From Candidatus Rokuibacteriota bacterium (GTDB taxonomy: Bacteria > Methylomirabilota > Methylomirabilia > Rokubacteriales > CSP1-6), in assembly GCA_003221455.1 (NCBI GenBank), contig QHRX01000009.1:10031-74030 (forward strand): a stretch of DNA of 64,000 nucleotides, written 5' to 3'. The position numbers were made by a program, and so were the translations under genes. This document shows positions 9,934-19,715 of the stretch, one piece after another. Numbering within the stretch: the stretch's first letter is position 1; each line of letters starts with the position of its first letter. The notes below the pieces were generated by a model that worked only from the letters and a program-made list of their open reading frames with translations, made no database searches and had not been told where the DNA came from.

Positions 9934-10064
9934 GTCTGGCGCGACCGCCGCAGCGCGGCCGCCGGTCGTGAGCCGGCCTTGACGCTCGGCGCTCGCGGGA
10001 CGTGCATCGCGCTGCGGCCGCGCCGAGGGCCGACCGGCCCCCCGCGCACCCGCGTCCCGCTGGG

Positions 10065-10478
10065 ATGACGACGCCGCTCCGCACGCTTCCTGCGCGTGTC
10101 GTCCGCTGGAGTCGGCTCGCCCGCTGGCTGCGCGCGGCGGATGCGGTCGGGGGCTTCGGCGTGACCTGGGCGGCCGTGCAGGCCTGGGGGCCGGGCGCCG
10201 GGCCGCGGCTCCACGCGCTGCTGGCCCTCGCGGCCGCCGCCGGCGCGGCGTGCGTGCCCTTCGTCCGCCGCCGGTTCCGTCCCGTGAGCGGCCTCGTCGC
10301 TCTGTGGGTGAGCCGCCGCCTCGCGCCCGGCGCCGCGGCCTGGTTCATCCGCCCGGGGGGCGCGGAGCGCGTGCTCGTGACGGGCCGTCGGGGCCTCCGC
10401 CTGGTCATCTTCCCGGTCGGAGCGGACGGCCCGGCGGAGGGGATCGAGGTGCGCCGCACGCGCGTCTTGCTCGTGTAG
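10065..10478 (+). CDS. small membrane protein with bacterial PH (bPH_2/YdbS-like) domain, putative
   Basis: Two N-terminal hydrophobic helices, then VLVTGRRGLRLVIFPV...IEVRR, which resembles the YdbS/YdbT membrane-flanked PH domain. Arg-rich composition makes this uncertain. Confidence 0.35.
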   Translation: MTTPLRTLPARVVRWSRLARWLRAADAVGGFGVTWAAVQAWGPGAGPRLHALLALAAAAGAACVPFVRRRFRPVSGLVALWVSRRLAPGAAAWFIRPGGAERVLVTGRRGLRLVIFPVGADGPAEGIEVRRTRVLLV

Positions 10479-10502
10479 GGCCGGCGAGGCGCGCGGGCCC
10501 GG

Positions 10503-11297
10503 TCACGCCGGCTCGCGGTCGCGGATCGCCTCCTCGATTCGCTGGAAGCGTCGCCGAATCGCCTCGAGACTCTCCTCGTGCGGGATGATGTAGAAGCGGT
10601 TCCGTCGGATCGCGTCGACGACCATGGCGGCGACGGGCTCGGGCGAGAGCGTGCGGCCGATCAGCTCGACCGGCGCCGCCGCGGCCGCGCCCTCGTTCCG
10701 GAGCGCGGGCGGCCGGCCGCGCTCGCTGTCGCGGATGCGGGTGGCGACGCCCATCGGGCAGAGGACCGAGACGCCGATCCCGTACGGGCGCAGATCCTTC
10801 ACCAGGGTCTCGGAGAGCCCGACCACCGCGTACTTGGACGTGTTGTAGACGCCGAGCCCCTGGCTCGCGATGAGCCCCGCCATCGAGGCCGTGTTGACGA
10901 CGTGCCCCTCGCTCTGCTGGGCGATCATCCGCGGCACGAAGGCCTCGACCCCGTGGATCACGCCCCAGAGGTTGACGCCGAGGACCCAGCGCCAGTCGCG
11001 GTGCGTGGCCGCCTCGAGCCCGCCCCACAGCGCGACGCCGGCGTTGTTGCAGACCACGTGCACGGCGCCGTAGGCGGCCCAGGCCCGGTCGGCCAGGGCC
11101 AGGACCTCCCGGCGTTCGCTCACGTCCGTGCGCACGGCGACTCCGTCGAGCCCGTCGATCGTCTGGGCAAGGCCCGCCTCGTCCACGTCGGCGGCCACGA
11201 TCCGCATCCCGGCCTGCGCGAGCGCGCGGGCGAGGGCGCGCCCGATACCGCTCGCCGCGCCGGTGACGACGGCCACCCTGCCCGCCAGCTCCCTCAC
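10503..11297 (-). CDS. short-chain dehydrogenase/reductase (SDR)
   Basis: TGAASGIGRA cofactor motif, NNAG, and catalytic YxxxK (YNTSKYAVVGL). Confidence 0.85.
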   Translation of the reverse strand: MRELAGRVAVVTGAASGIGRALARALAQAGMRIVAADVDEAGLAQTIDGLDGVAVRTDVSERREVLALADRAWAAYGAVHVVCNNAGVALWGGLEAATHRDWRWVLGVNLWGVIHGVEAFVPRMIAQQSEGHVVNTASMAGLIASQGLGVYNTSKYAVVGLSETLVKDLRPYGIGVSVLCPMGVATRIRDSERGRPPALRNEGAAAAAPVELIGRTLSPEPVAAMVVDAIRRNRFYIIPHEESLEAIRRRFQRIEEAIRDREPA

Positions 11298-12265
11298 GGG
11301 TGGAGGATGACCTTACCGTAGCTCTCGCGCGCAGCGATGGCGGCGAGGGCCTGCGCGGCCTGCGCGAGCGGAAACGTCTTCCAGACGACGGGACGGAGCA
11401 TGCCGCGCTCGACCAGGGCCAGGAGGTCCGCCATCCACCGGTCCACGAGCGGCGAGCCGCGCTCTTGATAGAGGCCCCAGTGCACGCCAACGACGCTGAT
11501 GTTCTTCAGCAAGATCCGGTTCGCGGCGATCTCCGGGATTCGGCCGCCGGCGAAGCCGATCACGAGCAACCGGCCCTCGAAGGCGATGCACTTGCTCGAG
11601 CCGTCGAAGACGTCGCCTCCGACGGGGTCGTAGATGACGTCGGCACCGCCCCCGGTCACCTCCTTCACGCGCGCGACCCAATCCTCGGTGCGGTAGTTGA
11701 CGAGTACGTCGGCGCCAGCCTGGCGGGCCACGTCGAGCTTCTCGGCGGTGCCCGCCGTCGCGATGACGCGCGCGCCCAGCGCGTGGCCGATCTGCACGGC
11801 GGCGAGCCCGACACCGCCAGCGGCGCCGTGCACGAGGAGCCACTCGCCGGCCCGGAGCCCGGCGCGATGCACGAGGGCGCACCAGGAGGTCTGGTACACG
11901 AGGCCGAACGCCGCACCGTCGTCGAAGCCGAGCGCGGCCGGCAGCCGGTAGACGCGGCGCTCGGGCACGGCGACGGCCTCCGCGTACCCGCCCCACCCCA
12001 TGAGCGCGAACACCCGGTCGCCGGGCGCGAAGCGCCGGGCGTTCGGCCCGCAGGCGCGCACGACCCCGGCCACCTCCACGCCCGGGCTGAACGGCAGCGG
12101 CGGCTTCTTCTGGTACTTGCCCTGCACGATCAGGATGTCCGGGAAGTTGCAGCCGATGGCCTTCACGTCGATCAGCACGTCGCCGGGGGCGGGCGTGGGC
12201 GGGGGCACGTCGGCGTATTCGAGCTCCGTCGGGTCGCCCCAGCGGGTGGCGAGCATGGCTTTCAT
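11294..12265 (-). CDS. NADPH:quinone oxidoreductase / zinc-independent MDR-family oxidoreductase
   Basis: Qor-like sequence (GVNFPDILIVQGKY, LVHGAAGGVGLAAVQIG). Start taken at MKAML. 4-nt overlap with the SDR gene. Confidence 0.85.
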   Translation of the reverse strand: MKAMLATRWGDPTELEYADVPPPTPAPGDVLIDVKAIGCNFPDILIVQGKYQKKPPLPFSPGVEVAGVVRACGPNARRFAPGDRVFALMGWGGYAEAVAVPERRVYRLPAALGFDDGAAFGLVYQTSWCALVHRAGLRAGEWLLVHGAAGGVGLAAVQIGHALGARVIATAGTAEKLDVARQAGADVLVNYRTEDWVARVKEVTGGGADVIYDPVGGDVFDGSSKCIAFEGRLLVIGFAGGRIPEIAANRILLKNISVVGVHWGLYQERGSPLVDRWMADLLALVERGMLRPVVWKTFPLAQAAQALAAIAARESYGKVILHP

Positions 12266-12318
12266 CGGATCGTCGCTCCGTCCTTGACCGGGATCGGCAG
12301 CAGTATACACTTCGGCCC

Positions 12319-13161
12319 GTGACGCGGAACGTGGTGACGGTCGAGGGCGGTGTGCGCATCCACTACCGGCGCCTGGGCGCGGGGCCCGGCATGGTGCTGC
12401 TCCACGGCTTTCCCCAGACCGGCCACATGTGGCGAAAGGTGATGCCGGCGCTCGCCGAGCGCTTCACCGTCCTCGCTCCCGACCTGCGCGGCTACGGCGA
12501 TTCCGACCGCCCGCCCGGCGGCTACGACAAGCGCCGGATGGCGGCCGACCTCGCGCAGGTGATCGAGGCGCTCGGCCTGACGCCGGTCGTCTTCGTCGGC
12601 CATGACCGTGGCGCGCGCGTCGGACATCGCTTCGCGCTCGACCACCCGGCGCTCCTCACGCGCCTCGTGCTCCTCGATATCGCCCCCACGTTCGACGTCT
12701 TCGACCGCCTCGACCAGGCGAGTGCGCGGCGGGTCTGGCACTGGTTCTTCCACCTGGTCCCGGACCTCCCCGAAGCCCTCACGGCCGGACGTGAGGAGGT
12801 CTACCTGCGCTGGTGCTACCGGACCTGGAGCCACAACCCGGCGGCGATCGAGGAGGAGGCGGTCCAGGAATACCTGCGCTGCTTCCGTCAGCCCGGCGCG
12901 ATGCGCGCGGCCTTCGAGGACTATCGGGCGGGCGGGACGGTGGATCTCGAGCAGGACGTCGCCGACCGCCACCGAAAGGTCACCGTGCCGACCCTCGTGC
13001 TCTGGGGCGCCAGCCGCACCGCGCAGAGCACCGACATGCTGGCCGTCTGGAGGGCGCGCTGCGAGCGTGTGGAGGGGCGCGCCGTCCCCGAGTGCGGCCA
13101 CTTCATCCCGGAAGAGCGGCCGGCCGCCGTGATCGACGCGGTGCTCGGCTTTGCGGGCTAG
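12319..13161 (+). CDS. alpha/beta hydrolase (epoxide hydrolase/haloalkane dehalogenase-like)
   Basis: HGFPQTGHMWR and the nucleophile elbow region (VFVGHDRGARV). GTG start. Confidence 0.8.
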   Translation: MTRNVVTVEGGVRIHYRRLGAGPGMVLLHGFPQTGHMWRKVMPALAERFTVLAPDLRGYGDSDRPPGGYDKRRMAADLAQVIEALGLTPVVFVGHDRGARVGHRFALDHPALLTRLVLLDIAPTFDVFDRLDQASARRVWHWFFHLVPDLPEALTAGREEVYLRWCYRTWSHNPAAIEEEAVQEYLRCFRQPGAMRAAFEDYRAGGTVDLEQDVADRHRKVTVPTLVLWGASRTAQSTDMLAVWRARCERVEGRAVPECGHFIPEERPAAVIDAVLGFAG

Positions 13162-13502
13162 TTCCCGGCGAGCTTCGAGAAGAAGCTCTTCACGCTGTGG
13201 CCGAGGCCGGCGGCGCCCGCCTTGAAGTTGGCCCACGCGCCCTTGGCCGGGGGCTCGGCCGCCTTTCCCGATTCCTTGAGCTTCTCGCCCGTGAACTTGC
13301 TGCCCTCGACGATCGTGTGACCGATCCCTTTCGCCGTCTCCTCAATGCCCGGGCCGATCTTGCCGGTACCGATCTTGTGCGCGCCCTCGTCGACCTGCTT
13401 GGTCGCGGCCTTCACCTTCGACGCGTCGGCGGCGGCGGCGGGCGTCGCGGTGACGACCAGCGCCCCGAGCAGGGCCGTGCAGACAACCGCGGATCGTGGC
13501 AT
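13158..13502 (-). CDS. small secreted Lys/Gly-rich protein, hypothetical
   Basis: Signal peptide with AxA site (VVTATPAAAADA). Non-Arg-rich composition unlike the spurious ORFs. 114 aa. Confidence 0.45.
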   Translation of the reverse strand: MPRSAVVCTALLGALVVTATPAAAADASKVKAATKQVDEGAHKIGTGKIGPGIEETAKGIGHTIVEGSKFTGEKLKESGKAAEPPAKGAWANFKAGAAGLGHSVKSFFSKLAGN

Positions 13503-13526
13503 GGCAATCCTCCAACACGATCTATC

Positions 13527-13910
13527 TTACCGCGGGCCGTCCCCAGCCCGCGCCGAGCCGGCCACCAGTTTAGAGGGCGATCGTGGGGCCGACGCTGGCT
13601 GGCTCGGATCAGACGGCAGGTTGAGGCTCATCGAGGGGCCGACGAGGAGCAGCCCGTTATTGGGAGGCGGGTCTCCCACTCCGTCCTGGCTCGCGATCTC
13701 GAACGTCGGAGCGGCGGAGTTCGTGTCAAGGGCTCCGACGACGAAATTGGGCGTACAGGTCGTCGGAATGGGGTTCCCGTTGGCGTCCAGGACGGGCGCC
13801 CCCGTGCTCGGGTCGGTCTGGTATGTGCGCACCGGGTTGGTCTGCTGTCCGGCCACGGGGAGCGAGGCGAGCCGCGCGACGAGCGGCAGGACTGAGAGGA
13901 TTTTCTTCAT
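13527..13910 (-). CDS. small secreted Pro/Thr/Ser-rich protein, hypothetical
   Basis: Lys-rich signal peptide (MKKILSVLPLVARLASLPVAG). 127 aa. Same strand as, and immediately downstream of, the PilZ receptor gene. Confidence 0.45.
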   Translation of the reverse strand: MKKILSVLPLVARLASLPVAGQQTNPVRTYQTDPSTGAPVLDANGNPIPTTCTPNFVVGALDTNSAAPTFEIASQDGVGDPPPNNGLLLVGPSMSLNLPSDPSQPASAPRSPSKLVAGSARAGDGPR

Positions 13911-13944
13911 TCACCCCTCGAGCGAGCGGCGGTCACGTTTTACC

Positions 13945-15552
13945 TTAGGCGGCTCCCCGTCGCCGGTCGCCGACGACGCGGGCGAGGAGGCCCCTCGCCC
14001 CCCCCTCGTGCGCGATCGCGGCGCGCGGCAGCTCTTCTTCGACCGAGAGCCCGATCGTCCGATCGCCGACGTGCCGGAGCTCTCCGACGCGGATCACCCC
14101 ACTCTTCATCCCCGGGAGGAGGACCTCGACCCGGTAGCAGCCCCCGAGCTCGAGCAGGTCGGCCCGCGCGGGGCCCGCGACGACGACGCGCATCCCCTTG
14201 AGGCTCGCGTCCACCGCACGGCCGACCGCCGCCCCGCCTGCGTGGAGCCACACGCGGACGGGCCAGGAAACCGGATCGCGGGGATTCCGTCGGCGTTCTC
14301 CGGCCCGCGGTCGCTCGGGATGCGGCGCGGGCGTCCCCCGCGCCGGCCCGGCGGACTGCCGGGGGGTCTCGACGGCCTCGGGTACGCCCTCGGACGGGAA
14401 GCCGTTCCTGGCCGGCGCCAAGGCCACGCCGGCCGCCCCCGCGGCGAGCGGGCCGGGCGCTCCGCCGAGGCCTCCCACGTGACGCGGGATAATGCGGTTT
14501 CCGATCACGCGCGCCGCCGCCAGGGCCAGCGCGGCGATGAGCCCGAGCCCCAGGAGGGTCGGGGCGAGCGCCGCGTCGGGCGCGGCCAGCGCCGCCTCGC
14601 GGGGAATGGCGACGGCTAGATAGGCGCCTTCGCTTCCGTCCGTGCTGGGCAGGGGAGTGAAGCCGACGAACCGATCGATGCCGTCGGGTCCGGCGGTCTC
14701 GGCCGAGCCCTCGCCCAGAGCCACCATCCGGTCGACGACGGCCGGGCCCCAGGCGACGGGTCCGACCCATTTGGCGGGATCGGGGAAGCGGACCCGGACG
14801 CGGCCCTGGCGGTCGCTGATCGTGACCGTCGAGCCCTCGGGTAACCGGGCGAGCGCGGCGAGCCGCGCGAGCCCCGTCAGGTCGACCGCCGCGAAGACGG
14901 CCCCCTGCACGGTCCCCGCGTCGTCGCCGAGGGGGTAGCTGACGTTGACCGTGGTCCGGCCTGTCACGCGGTCGACCCGGTACTCGCCGACCTCGAAGCC
15001 GCTGTTCTCCAGGGCGCGCCAGAAGTGGGCGCGTCCGCCGAGCTCGATCGGCTCTCCCGGCGGCGCCGCGCTGCAGAAGACGCTCCCGTTCAGCGTGACG
15101 GCGCCGAGGTTAGCGTAGCGCGAGTACCGCCGCAGAAGATCGCCGACGAGCGCGTTGCACCGGTCGGGCCGCTGCTGCCGAACGTCGGGGAGCTGGGCGA
15201 GCATCGTCAGGAGCTGCCGCGCCATCTCGATCGACCGTTCGTGCTCGGCGGCGAGGGCGCGCGCCCAGCGCACCGTGTCCTCCTGGGCGAGCGAGGCGGC
15301 GTGGCGGCGCTGCGCCAGAGTCGTCCGGAGCAGCAGTCCGGCCGTGGGGACGAAGCCGACCAGGAGCAGCAGCACGAGGTGGACGTGAAGCCGGGACAGG
15401 TAGGACCGCCGCACGAAGTCCGCCCGACTGCGGCGCCGGGCGGGCTGGGAGCCGGTCTCGCCCGACGGCAAGGTCGCGCTGACCCACGCGCCGTTCGTCG
15501 GGGCGGGCGGGGGAGAGGTGTGCTGCGGAGCTGACTCGGTGACCGCCGGCAT
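13945..15552 (-). CDS. transmembrane receptor: periplasmic sensor domain (Cache/CHASE-like) + C-terminal PilZ domain (putative c-di-GMP effector)
   Basis: Two TM helices flank a periplasmic domain of about 260 aa. A Gly/Ala/Pro-rich linker follows. The C-terminus has PilZ-like RxxxR (RRRNPR) and DxSxxG (DASLKGM) motifs. AAGGAGG RBS 7 nt upstream of the ATG at 15552. The ORF finder started at an upstream GTG. Confidence 0.5.
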   Translation of the reverse strand: MPAVTESAPQHTSPPPAPTNGAWVSATLPSGETGSQPARRRSRADFVRRSYLSRLHVHLVLLLLVGFVPTAGLLLRTTLAQRRHAASLAQEDTVRWARALAAEHERSIEMARQLLTMLAQLPDVRQQRPDRCNALVGDLLRRYSRYANLGAVTLNGSVFCSAAPPGEPIELGGRAHFWRALENSGFEVGEYRVDRVTGRTTVNVSYPLGDDAGTVQGAVFAAVDLTGLARLAALARLPEGSTVTISDRQGRVRVRFPDPAKWVGPVAWGPAVVDRMVALGEGSAETAGPDGIDRFVGFTPLPSTDGSEGAYLAVAIPREAALAAPDAALAPTLLGLGLIAALALAAARVIGNRIIPRHVGGLGGAPGPLAAGAAGVALAPARNGFPSEGVPEAVETPRQSAGPARGTPAPHPERPRAGERRRNPRDPVSWPVRVWLHAGGAAVGRAVDASLKGMRVVVAGPARADLLELGGCYRVEVLLPGMKSGVIRVGELRHVGDRTIGLSVEEELPRAAIAHEGGARGLLARVVGDRRRGAA

Positions 15553-15757
15553 GGTCGACCTCCTTCGCCGGTAGATCACCGCCCGTTGGGGCGGACAACT
15601 AGGGGCCTGAACCCCTGAAGCGGCGCCCGTATACTTCTACGCGGTTGGGCCGGCCAAGTCAAGCCGCGGTCGCGACCCGAATCGGACCCGGAGGATCCAT
15701 TACGGCCCGGGCGGCCTCCGTTGGTTCGGCTGAAGCCGGGAATGATATCCTCTGCGC

Positions 15758-16546
15758 GTGACCTACCGGCACCTTCTCGTCGCGCGCTCCGCCGACGGTC
15801 ACGTCGTCACGGTGACGATCGACCGGCCCGAGCGGCGGAACGCGCTGAACACGGCGCTCGGCGAAGACCTGCTCGCCTGCTTCGAGAGGCTGGCGCGCGA
15901 TGCCGACGCACGCGTCGTGGTGCTGACCGGCGCGGGCGACAAGGCGTTCTGCGCGGGGGCCGATCTGAAGGAGCGCGATGGCATGACCGACGAGGCGTGG
16001 CGCGCCCAGCACGTGGTCTTCGAGCAGGCCGCCCTCCGGATCCTCCGCTGCCCGATCCCGGTGATCGCCGCGGTGGAGGGCGCGGCCCTCGGCGGCGGCT
16101 GCGAGCTGGCGCTCCTCGCCGACTTCATCGTCGCCGGCGCCACCGCGGTGTTCGGCCTGCCGGAGACGACGCTCGGAATCTTCCCCGGCATCGGCGGCAC
16201 CCAGCTCCTGCCGCGCATGGTGGGCGCCCCCCTGGCGAAGGAGCTGATCTTTACCGGCCGCCGGCTTGCGGCGGACGCGGCGCGGGAGGCGGGCCTCGTC
16301 AACCACGTGGTCGCCGCGGGCCAGGCCCGGGCGACCGCGACGGAGATCGCCGCGACGATCGCGGGCAACGGCCCGATCGCCGTCCGCCAGGCGAAGAAGG
16401 CGATCGCGTACGGCACCGAGACCGACCTCGAGACCGCCATGGTCCTGGCGATCGAGGCCTACAACGCGACCGTCGTGACCGAGGACCGGCTCGAGGGCGT
16501 GCGCGCGTTCAACGAGAAGCGACCCCCCCGCTTCACCGGACGATGA
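15758..16546 (+). CDS. enoyl-CoA hydratase/isomerase (crotonase family)
   Basis: Crotonase signature (AFCAGADLKE) and GGGCELAL oxyanion region. Confidence 0.85.
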   Translation: MTYRHLLVARSADGHVVTVTIDRPERRNALNTALGEDLLACFERLARDADARVVVLTGAGDKAFCAGADLKERDGMTDEAWRAQHVVFEQAALRILRCPIPVIAAVEGAALGGGCELALLADFIVAGATAVFGLPETTLGIFPGIGGTQLLPRMVGAPLAKELIFTGRRLAADAAREAGLVNHVVAAGQARATATEIAATIAGNGPIAVRQAKKAIAYGTETDLETAMVLAIEAYNATVVTEDRLEGVRAFNEKRPPRFTGR

Positions 16547-17709
16547 CGACGCTGAACCTCTCGCTCACCGCCGAGCAGCGGGCGCTCAAGGCCGGCGTCG
16601 CGGGGGTCTGCGCGCGCTATCCCGGCGAGTACTGGCGCGAGCTCGACCAGAAACGCGAGTACCCGGAGGCCTTCGTGGACGAGCTGACCCGCGCCGGCTA
16701 CCTGGCGGCGTTGATCCCGCCGGAGTACGGCGGCGCCGGCCTTGGCCTCCTCGAGGCGGCGCTCATCCTGGAGGAGATCAACCGCTCGGGGGGCAACGCC
16801 GGCGCGTGCCACGCCCAGATGTACATCATGGGCACGCTCCTGCGTCACGGGAGCGAGGCGCAGAAGCAGGCGTACCTCCCGAAGATCGCCGGCGGCGAGC
16901 TCCGGCTGCAGGCCTTCGCGGTGACCGAGCCGAACGCGGGTTCGGACACCACCAAGCTCCAGACGACGGCGGTCCGGCGCGGCGATCGCTACGTGGTGAA
17001 CGGGCAGAAGATCTTCATCTCCCGCGTCCTCCAGTCCGACCTCATGCTGCTGCTCGCCCGCACGACGCCGCTCGCCGACGTCGCCCGGAAGACCGACGGG
17101 CTCTCCGTCTTCCTCGTCGACATCCGGCAGGCCCGCGGGCTCGAGGTGCGGCCGCTCCGCGTGATGATGAACCACTCCACCAACGCCCTCTTCTTCGACA
17201 ACATGGAGGTCCCCGCCGCCGGCCTGATCGGCGAGGAGGGCAAGGGGTTCAGCTATATCCTCGACGGCATGAACGCCGAGCGGATCCTCGTCGCCTCCGA
17301 CTCGATCGGCGACGGAAAATGGTTCGTCGAGAAGGCGGTCGGCTACTCGAACCAGCGCGTGGTCTTCGGCCGGCCCATCGGCGCCAACCAGGGGGTGCAG
17401 TTCGCGATCGCCCGGGCCCACATGGCGGTGGAGGCGGCGGAGCTGATGCGCAACAAGGCCGCCGCGCTCTTCGACGCGAGCGAGCCCTGCGGGCCCGAGG
17501 CCAACATCGCGAAGTACCTGGCGGCGGAGGCGGCGTGGGAGGCCGGGAACGCGTGCATCGACTGCCACGGCGGCTACGGCTACGCCGAGGAGTACGACGT
17601 CGAGCGGAAGTTCCGGGAGGCGCGGCTCTACAAGACCGCGCCCATCAGCCAGAACCTCGTGCTCGCCTACGTGGGCGAGCACGTGCTCGGCCTGCCCCGC
17701 TCCTACTAA
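16543..17709 (+). CDS. acyl-CoA dehydrogenase
   Basis: ACAD fold motifs (FAVTEPNAGSD, catalytic C-terminal region YGGYGYAEEY). ATGA overlap with the hydratase gene. Confidence 0.9.
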   Translation: MTTLNLSLTAEQRALKAGVAGVCARYPGEYWRELDQKREYPEAFVDELTRAGYLAALIPPEYGGAGLGLLEAALILEEINRSGGNAGACHAQMYIMGTLLRHGSEAQKQAYLPKIAGGELRLQAFAVTEPNAGSDTTKLQTTAVRRGDRYVVNGQKIFISRVLQSDLMLLLARTTPLADVARKTDGLSVFLVDIRQARGLEVRPLRVMMNHSTNALFFDNMEVPAAGLIGEEGKGFSYILDGMNAERILVASDSIGDGKWFVEKAVGYSNQRVVFGRPIGANQGVQFAIARAHMAVEAAELMRNKAAALFDASEPCGPEANIAKYLAAEAAWEAGNACIDCHGGYGYAEEYDVERKFREARLYKTAPISQNLVLAYVGEHVLGLPRSY

Positions 17710-17784
17710 GTCCGCCCCCGGGGCCGGCCGGGCCGCGCGGCTGCCCGTTGACCCGCGCCCTGGGGCGCGAGCGGCCGTTCGTCG

Positions 17785-19068
17785 CTACCGGGTGCGCCGG
17801 GCGCGGTGGAGCCAGAAGTGCTCGGCGCGCATCTCGAGCCGCGCGGCGAGGAGCCGCGTCCCCCGCTCGAGGTCGCCGGCGCGGAAGCACGCCTCGAGCA
17901 GGGTGTCGTGGAAGACGTCCCGCTGCGCGCGGCTCCCACCGAGCTCGACGATCCGCGGCGAGAGCGACTCGATCCGCTCGATCACCCGCGCATAGTCGCC
18001 GCCCGCGAACGCGTGGAGCCCCTCGATGAGCGGGATGGCCACGCCCGCGACGAGGTCAGAGCGATCCTTGGCGGCGCGCTCCCGGAGGAGGCCGAGCTGC
18101 TCGCCCGCGGTCGCCCAGTCCCCCGCCATCGCGAGCGCCATCGCGAGGTGTGCCGCGTGGTAGAGGAGGCCCGGGCGCCTCACGCGCTCGCGGGCGATCG
18201 CCGCGAACGGCGCCCAGGCGCCGCCCTGCGGGCGGCCGTAGAGCTCGAAGCGCCAGAGGAGCGAGATCGAGTCGTGCAGGTCGCCCGCGATCGACGAGGG
18301 CGCCAGCTCGAATACCTCGCGCGCGAGCGCGCGGGCCCGGTCGTAGCCGCCGCAGGCGAGGTGCATCAGAGCGAGGTGCCACAGCAGGTGGTCGCGAAAC
18401 CAGCCGAGCTGGACGCAGGGCTCAACCCGGGCCGGGAGCGCGGCGAGCCCCTCCTCGCTCCGGCCCGTCTCGTAGAGCGCGTGCGCGAACGCGTGCACGG
18501 CCCACGCGTCCCGGGCGTCCCGCGCGAGGGCGGCCTCGGCGGCGCGGAGGGCCTCGGCGCGCCGGCCTCCTTCCTCGAGGGCAAACGCGTGGAGGCCGAG
18601 CATGAACGAATCGTCCGCGTTCGCGGCCGCCAGGTCCCCGGTGAGGGCCAGCAGCTCCGCGAAGCGCCCCTGCCAGAAGAGGATGAAGTAGAGCCGCTGG
18701 AGGATCACGAGGTCGCGCGGGTAGGCCGCGAGGTGCGCGCGCATCGCCGCCTCGGCCTCCGTCGTCTTGCCGCCGGTGAGCAGCGCGACCGCCTCCACGT
18801 GGCCGCGCTCGCGCGCCGACTGGGCCTCGGCGGCCAGACGCGCGCCCGCCGCCTCGGCGCGCGCCTCCTGGAACCGCTCGTCGAGGAACAAGCAGACGGC
18901 CGCCCCGGCGCGGGCCAGCGCGAGCCGCTCGTCGCGCGCGGCGGCGGCGCGGAAGCGCTCGAGCGCGCCCGCGTCCCACGCGAGCAACCCACGCGCGCCG
19001 AGGTCGTAGAGATCGAGCGCCCCGCGGTCGGTCGTCGTGACGCCGAGTCCGCGCCCGTCAGCCAGCAT
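17785..19068 (-). CDS. TPR-like helical repeat protein (TTC38-family-like)
   Basis: All-helical repeat composition along the full length. Start placed at an internal Met (MLADGRGLG). No catalytic motif. Confidence 0.45.
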   Translation of the reverse strand: MLADGRGLGVTTTDRGALDLYDLGARGLLAWDAGALERFRAAAARDERLALARAGAAVCLFLDERFQEARAEAAGARLAAEAQSARERGHVEAVALLTGGKTTEAEAAMRAHLAAYPRDLVILQRLYFILFWQGRFAELLALTGDLAAANADDSFMLGLHAFALEEGGRRAEALRAAEAALARDARDAWAVHAFAHALYETGRSEEGLAALPARVEPCVQLGWFRDHLLWHLALMHLACGGYDRARALAREVFELAPSSIAGDLHDSISLLWRFELYGRPQGGAWAPFAAIARERVRRPGLLYHAAHLAMALAMAGDWATAGEQLGLLRERAAKDRSDLVAGVAIPLIEGLHAFAGGDYARVIERIESLSPRIVELGGSRAQRDVFHDTLLEACFRAGDLERGTRLLAARLEMRAEHFWLHRARRTR

Positions 19069-19133
19069 CCGGGGCAGGATACTACAGCGCGGGGACGGGC
19101 CGCGCGAGCCCGCCCCGCGGGGGCGGACCCGGC

Positions 19134-19613
19134 CTACGTCGCAGAGAGGAAGGACCGGAGCATCCACGCCATCTTCTCGTGGCGCTCCAGCAGCCCGGTC
19201 AGGAAGTCGCTCGTGCCGACGTCATGGTGCCGATCGACCGCGACGGCGAGGTCGTCGCGGAGCTGGCGGATGACCGCCTCGTGGTCGGCGAGCAGGTCCG
19301 CCACCATGCCCGTCGCGTCGGGGATCGTGCCAGGTTGCTCCTTGAGCCGCGCGTGATGCGTGAACTCGGCAAGCGTGCCCCGGGCCCGGCCGCCCAGCGT
19401 CCGCGCCCGCTCGGCGACGTCGTCGACGACGCCGTCCAGCTCCTCGTACTGCGCCTCGAAGAACGTGTGCAGGTCGTTGAACTGCGGGCCGGTCACGTTC
19501 CAGTGGTAGTTCCGCGTCTTGGTGTAGAGCAGGTACTCGTCTGAGAGCACGTCGTTCAGGATCGTCACAACGGACGCGCGAGGCGCATCCGGGATACCGA
19601 TGTTGGGTGCCAT
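19134..19613 (-). CDS. dps: Dps family DNA-protection/ferritin-like protein
   Basis: Dps ferroxidase-site pattern (YHWNVTGPQFNDLHTFFEAQYEE). 159 aa. Confidence 0.8.
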   Translation of the reverse strand: MAPNIGIPDAPRASVVTILNDVLSDEYLLYTKTRNYHWNVTGPQFNDLHTFFEAQYEELDGVVDDVAERARTLGGRARGTLAEFTHHARLKEQPGTIPDATGMVADLLADHEAVIRQLRDDLAVAVDRHHDVGTSDFLTGLLERHEKMAWMLRSFLSAT

Positions 19614-19715
19614 TCGTCGCTCCTCCTCGCCCTTTGGATGGCGGCGGTCCGCCGGCGGGTTCACGCCCGGCCGCCGTGGTAGAGTGGCGCCGAGATCGCC
19701 TTGGAGGCTGCTCCG

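Noticed and set aside
13940-15598. ORFs 13940..14770 -, 13345..14619 +, 15025..15534 + and 15110..15598 - overlapping the sensor-PilZ gene
   Set aside because: Arg-rich shadow ORFs. The PilZ gene frame has coherent TM and domain architecture and a consensus RBS.
17806-19356. 516-aa plus-strand ORF and several 18.0-19.0 kb ORFs antisense to the TPR-like gene
   Set aside because: Arg/Glu low-complexity translation. Likely antisense shadows of the TPR protein, although the TPR call itself is only moderate confidence.
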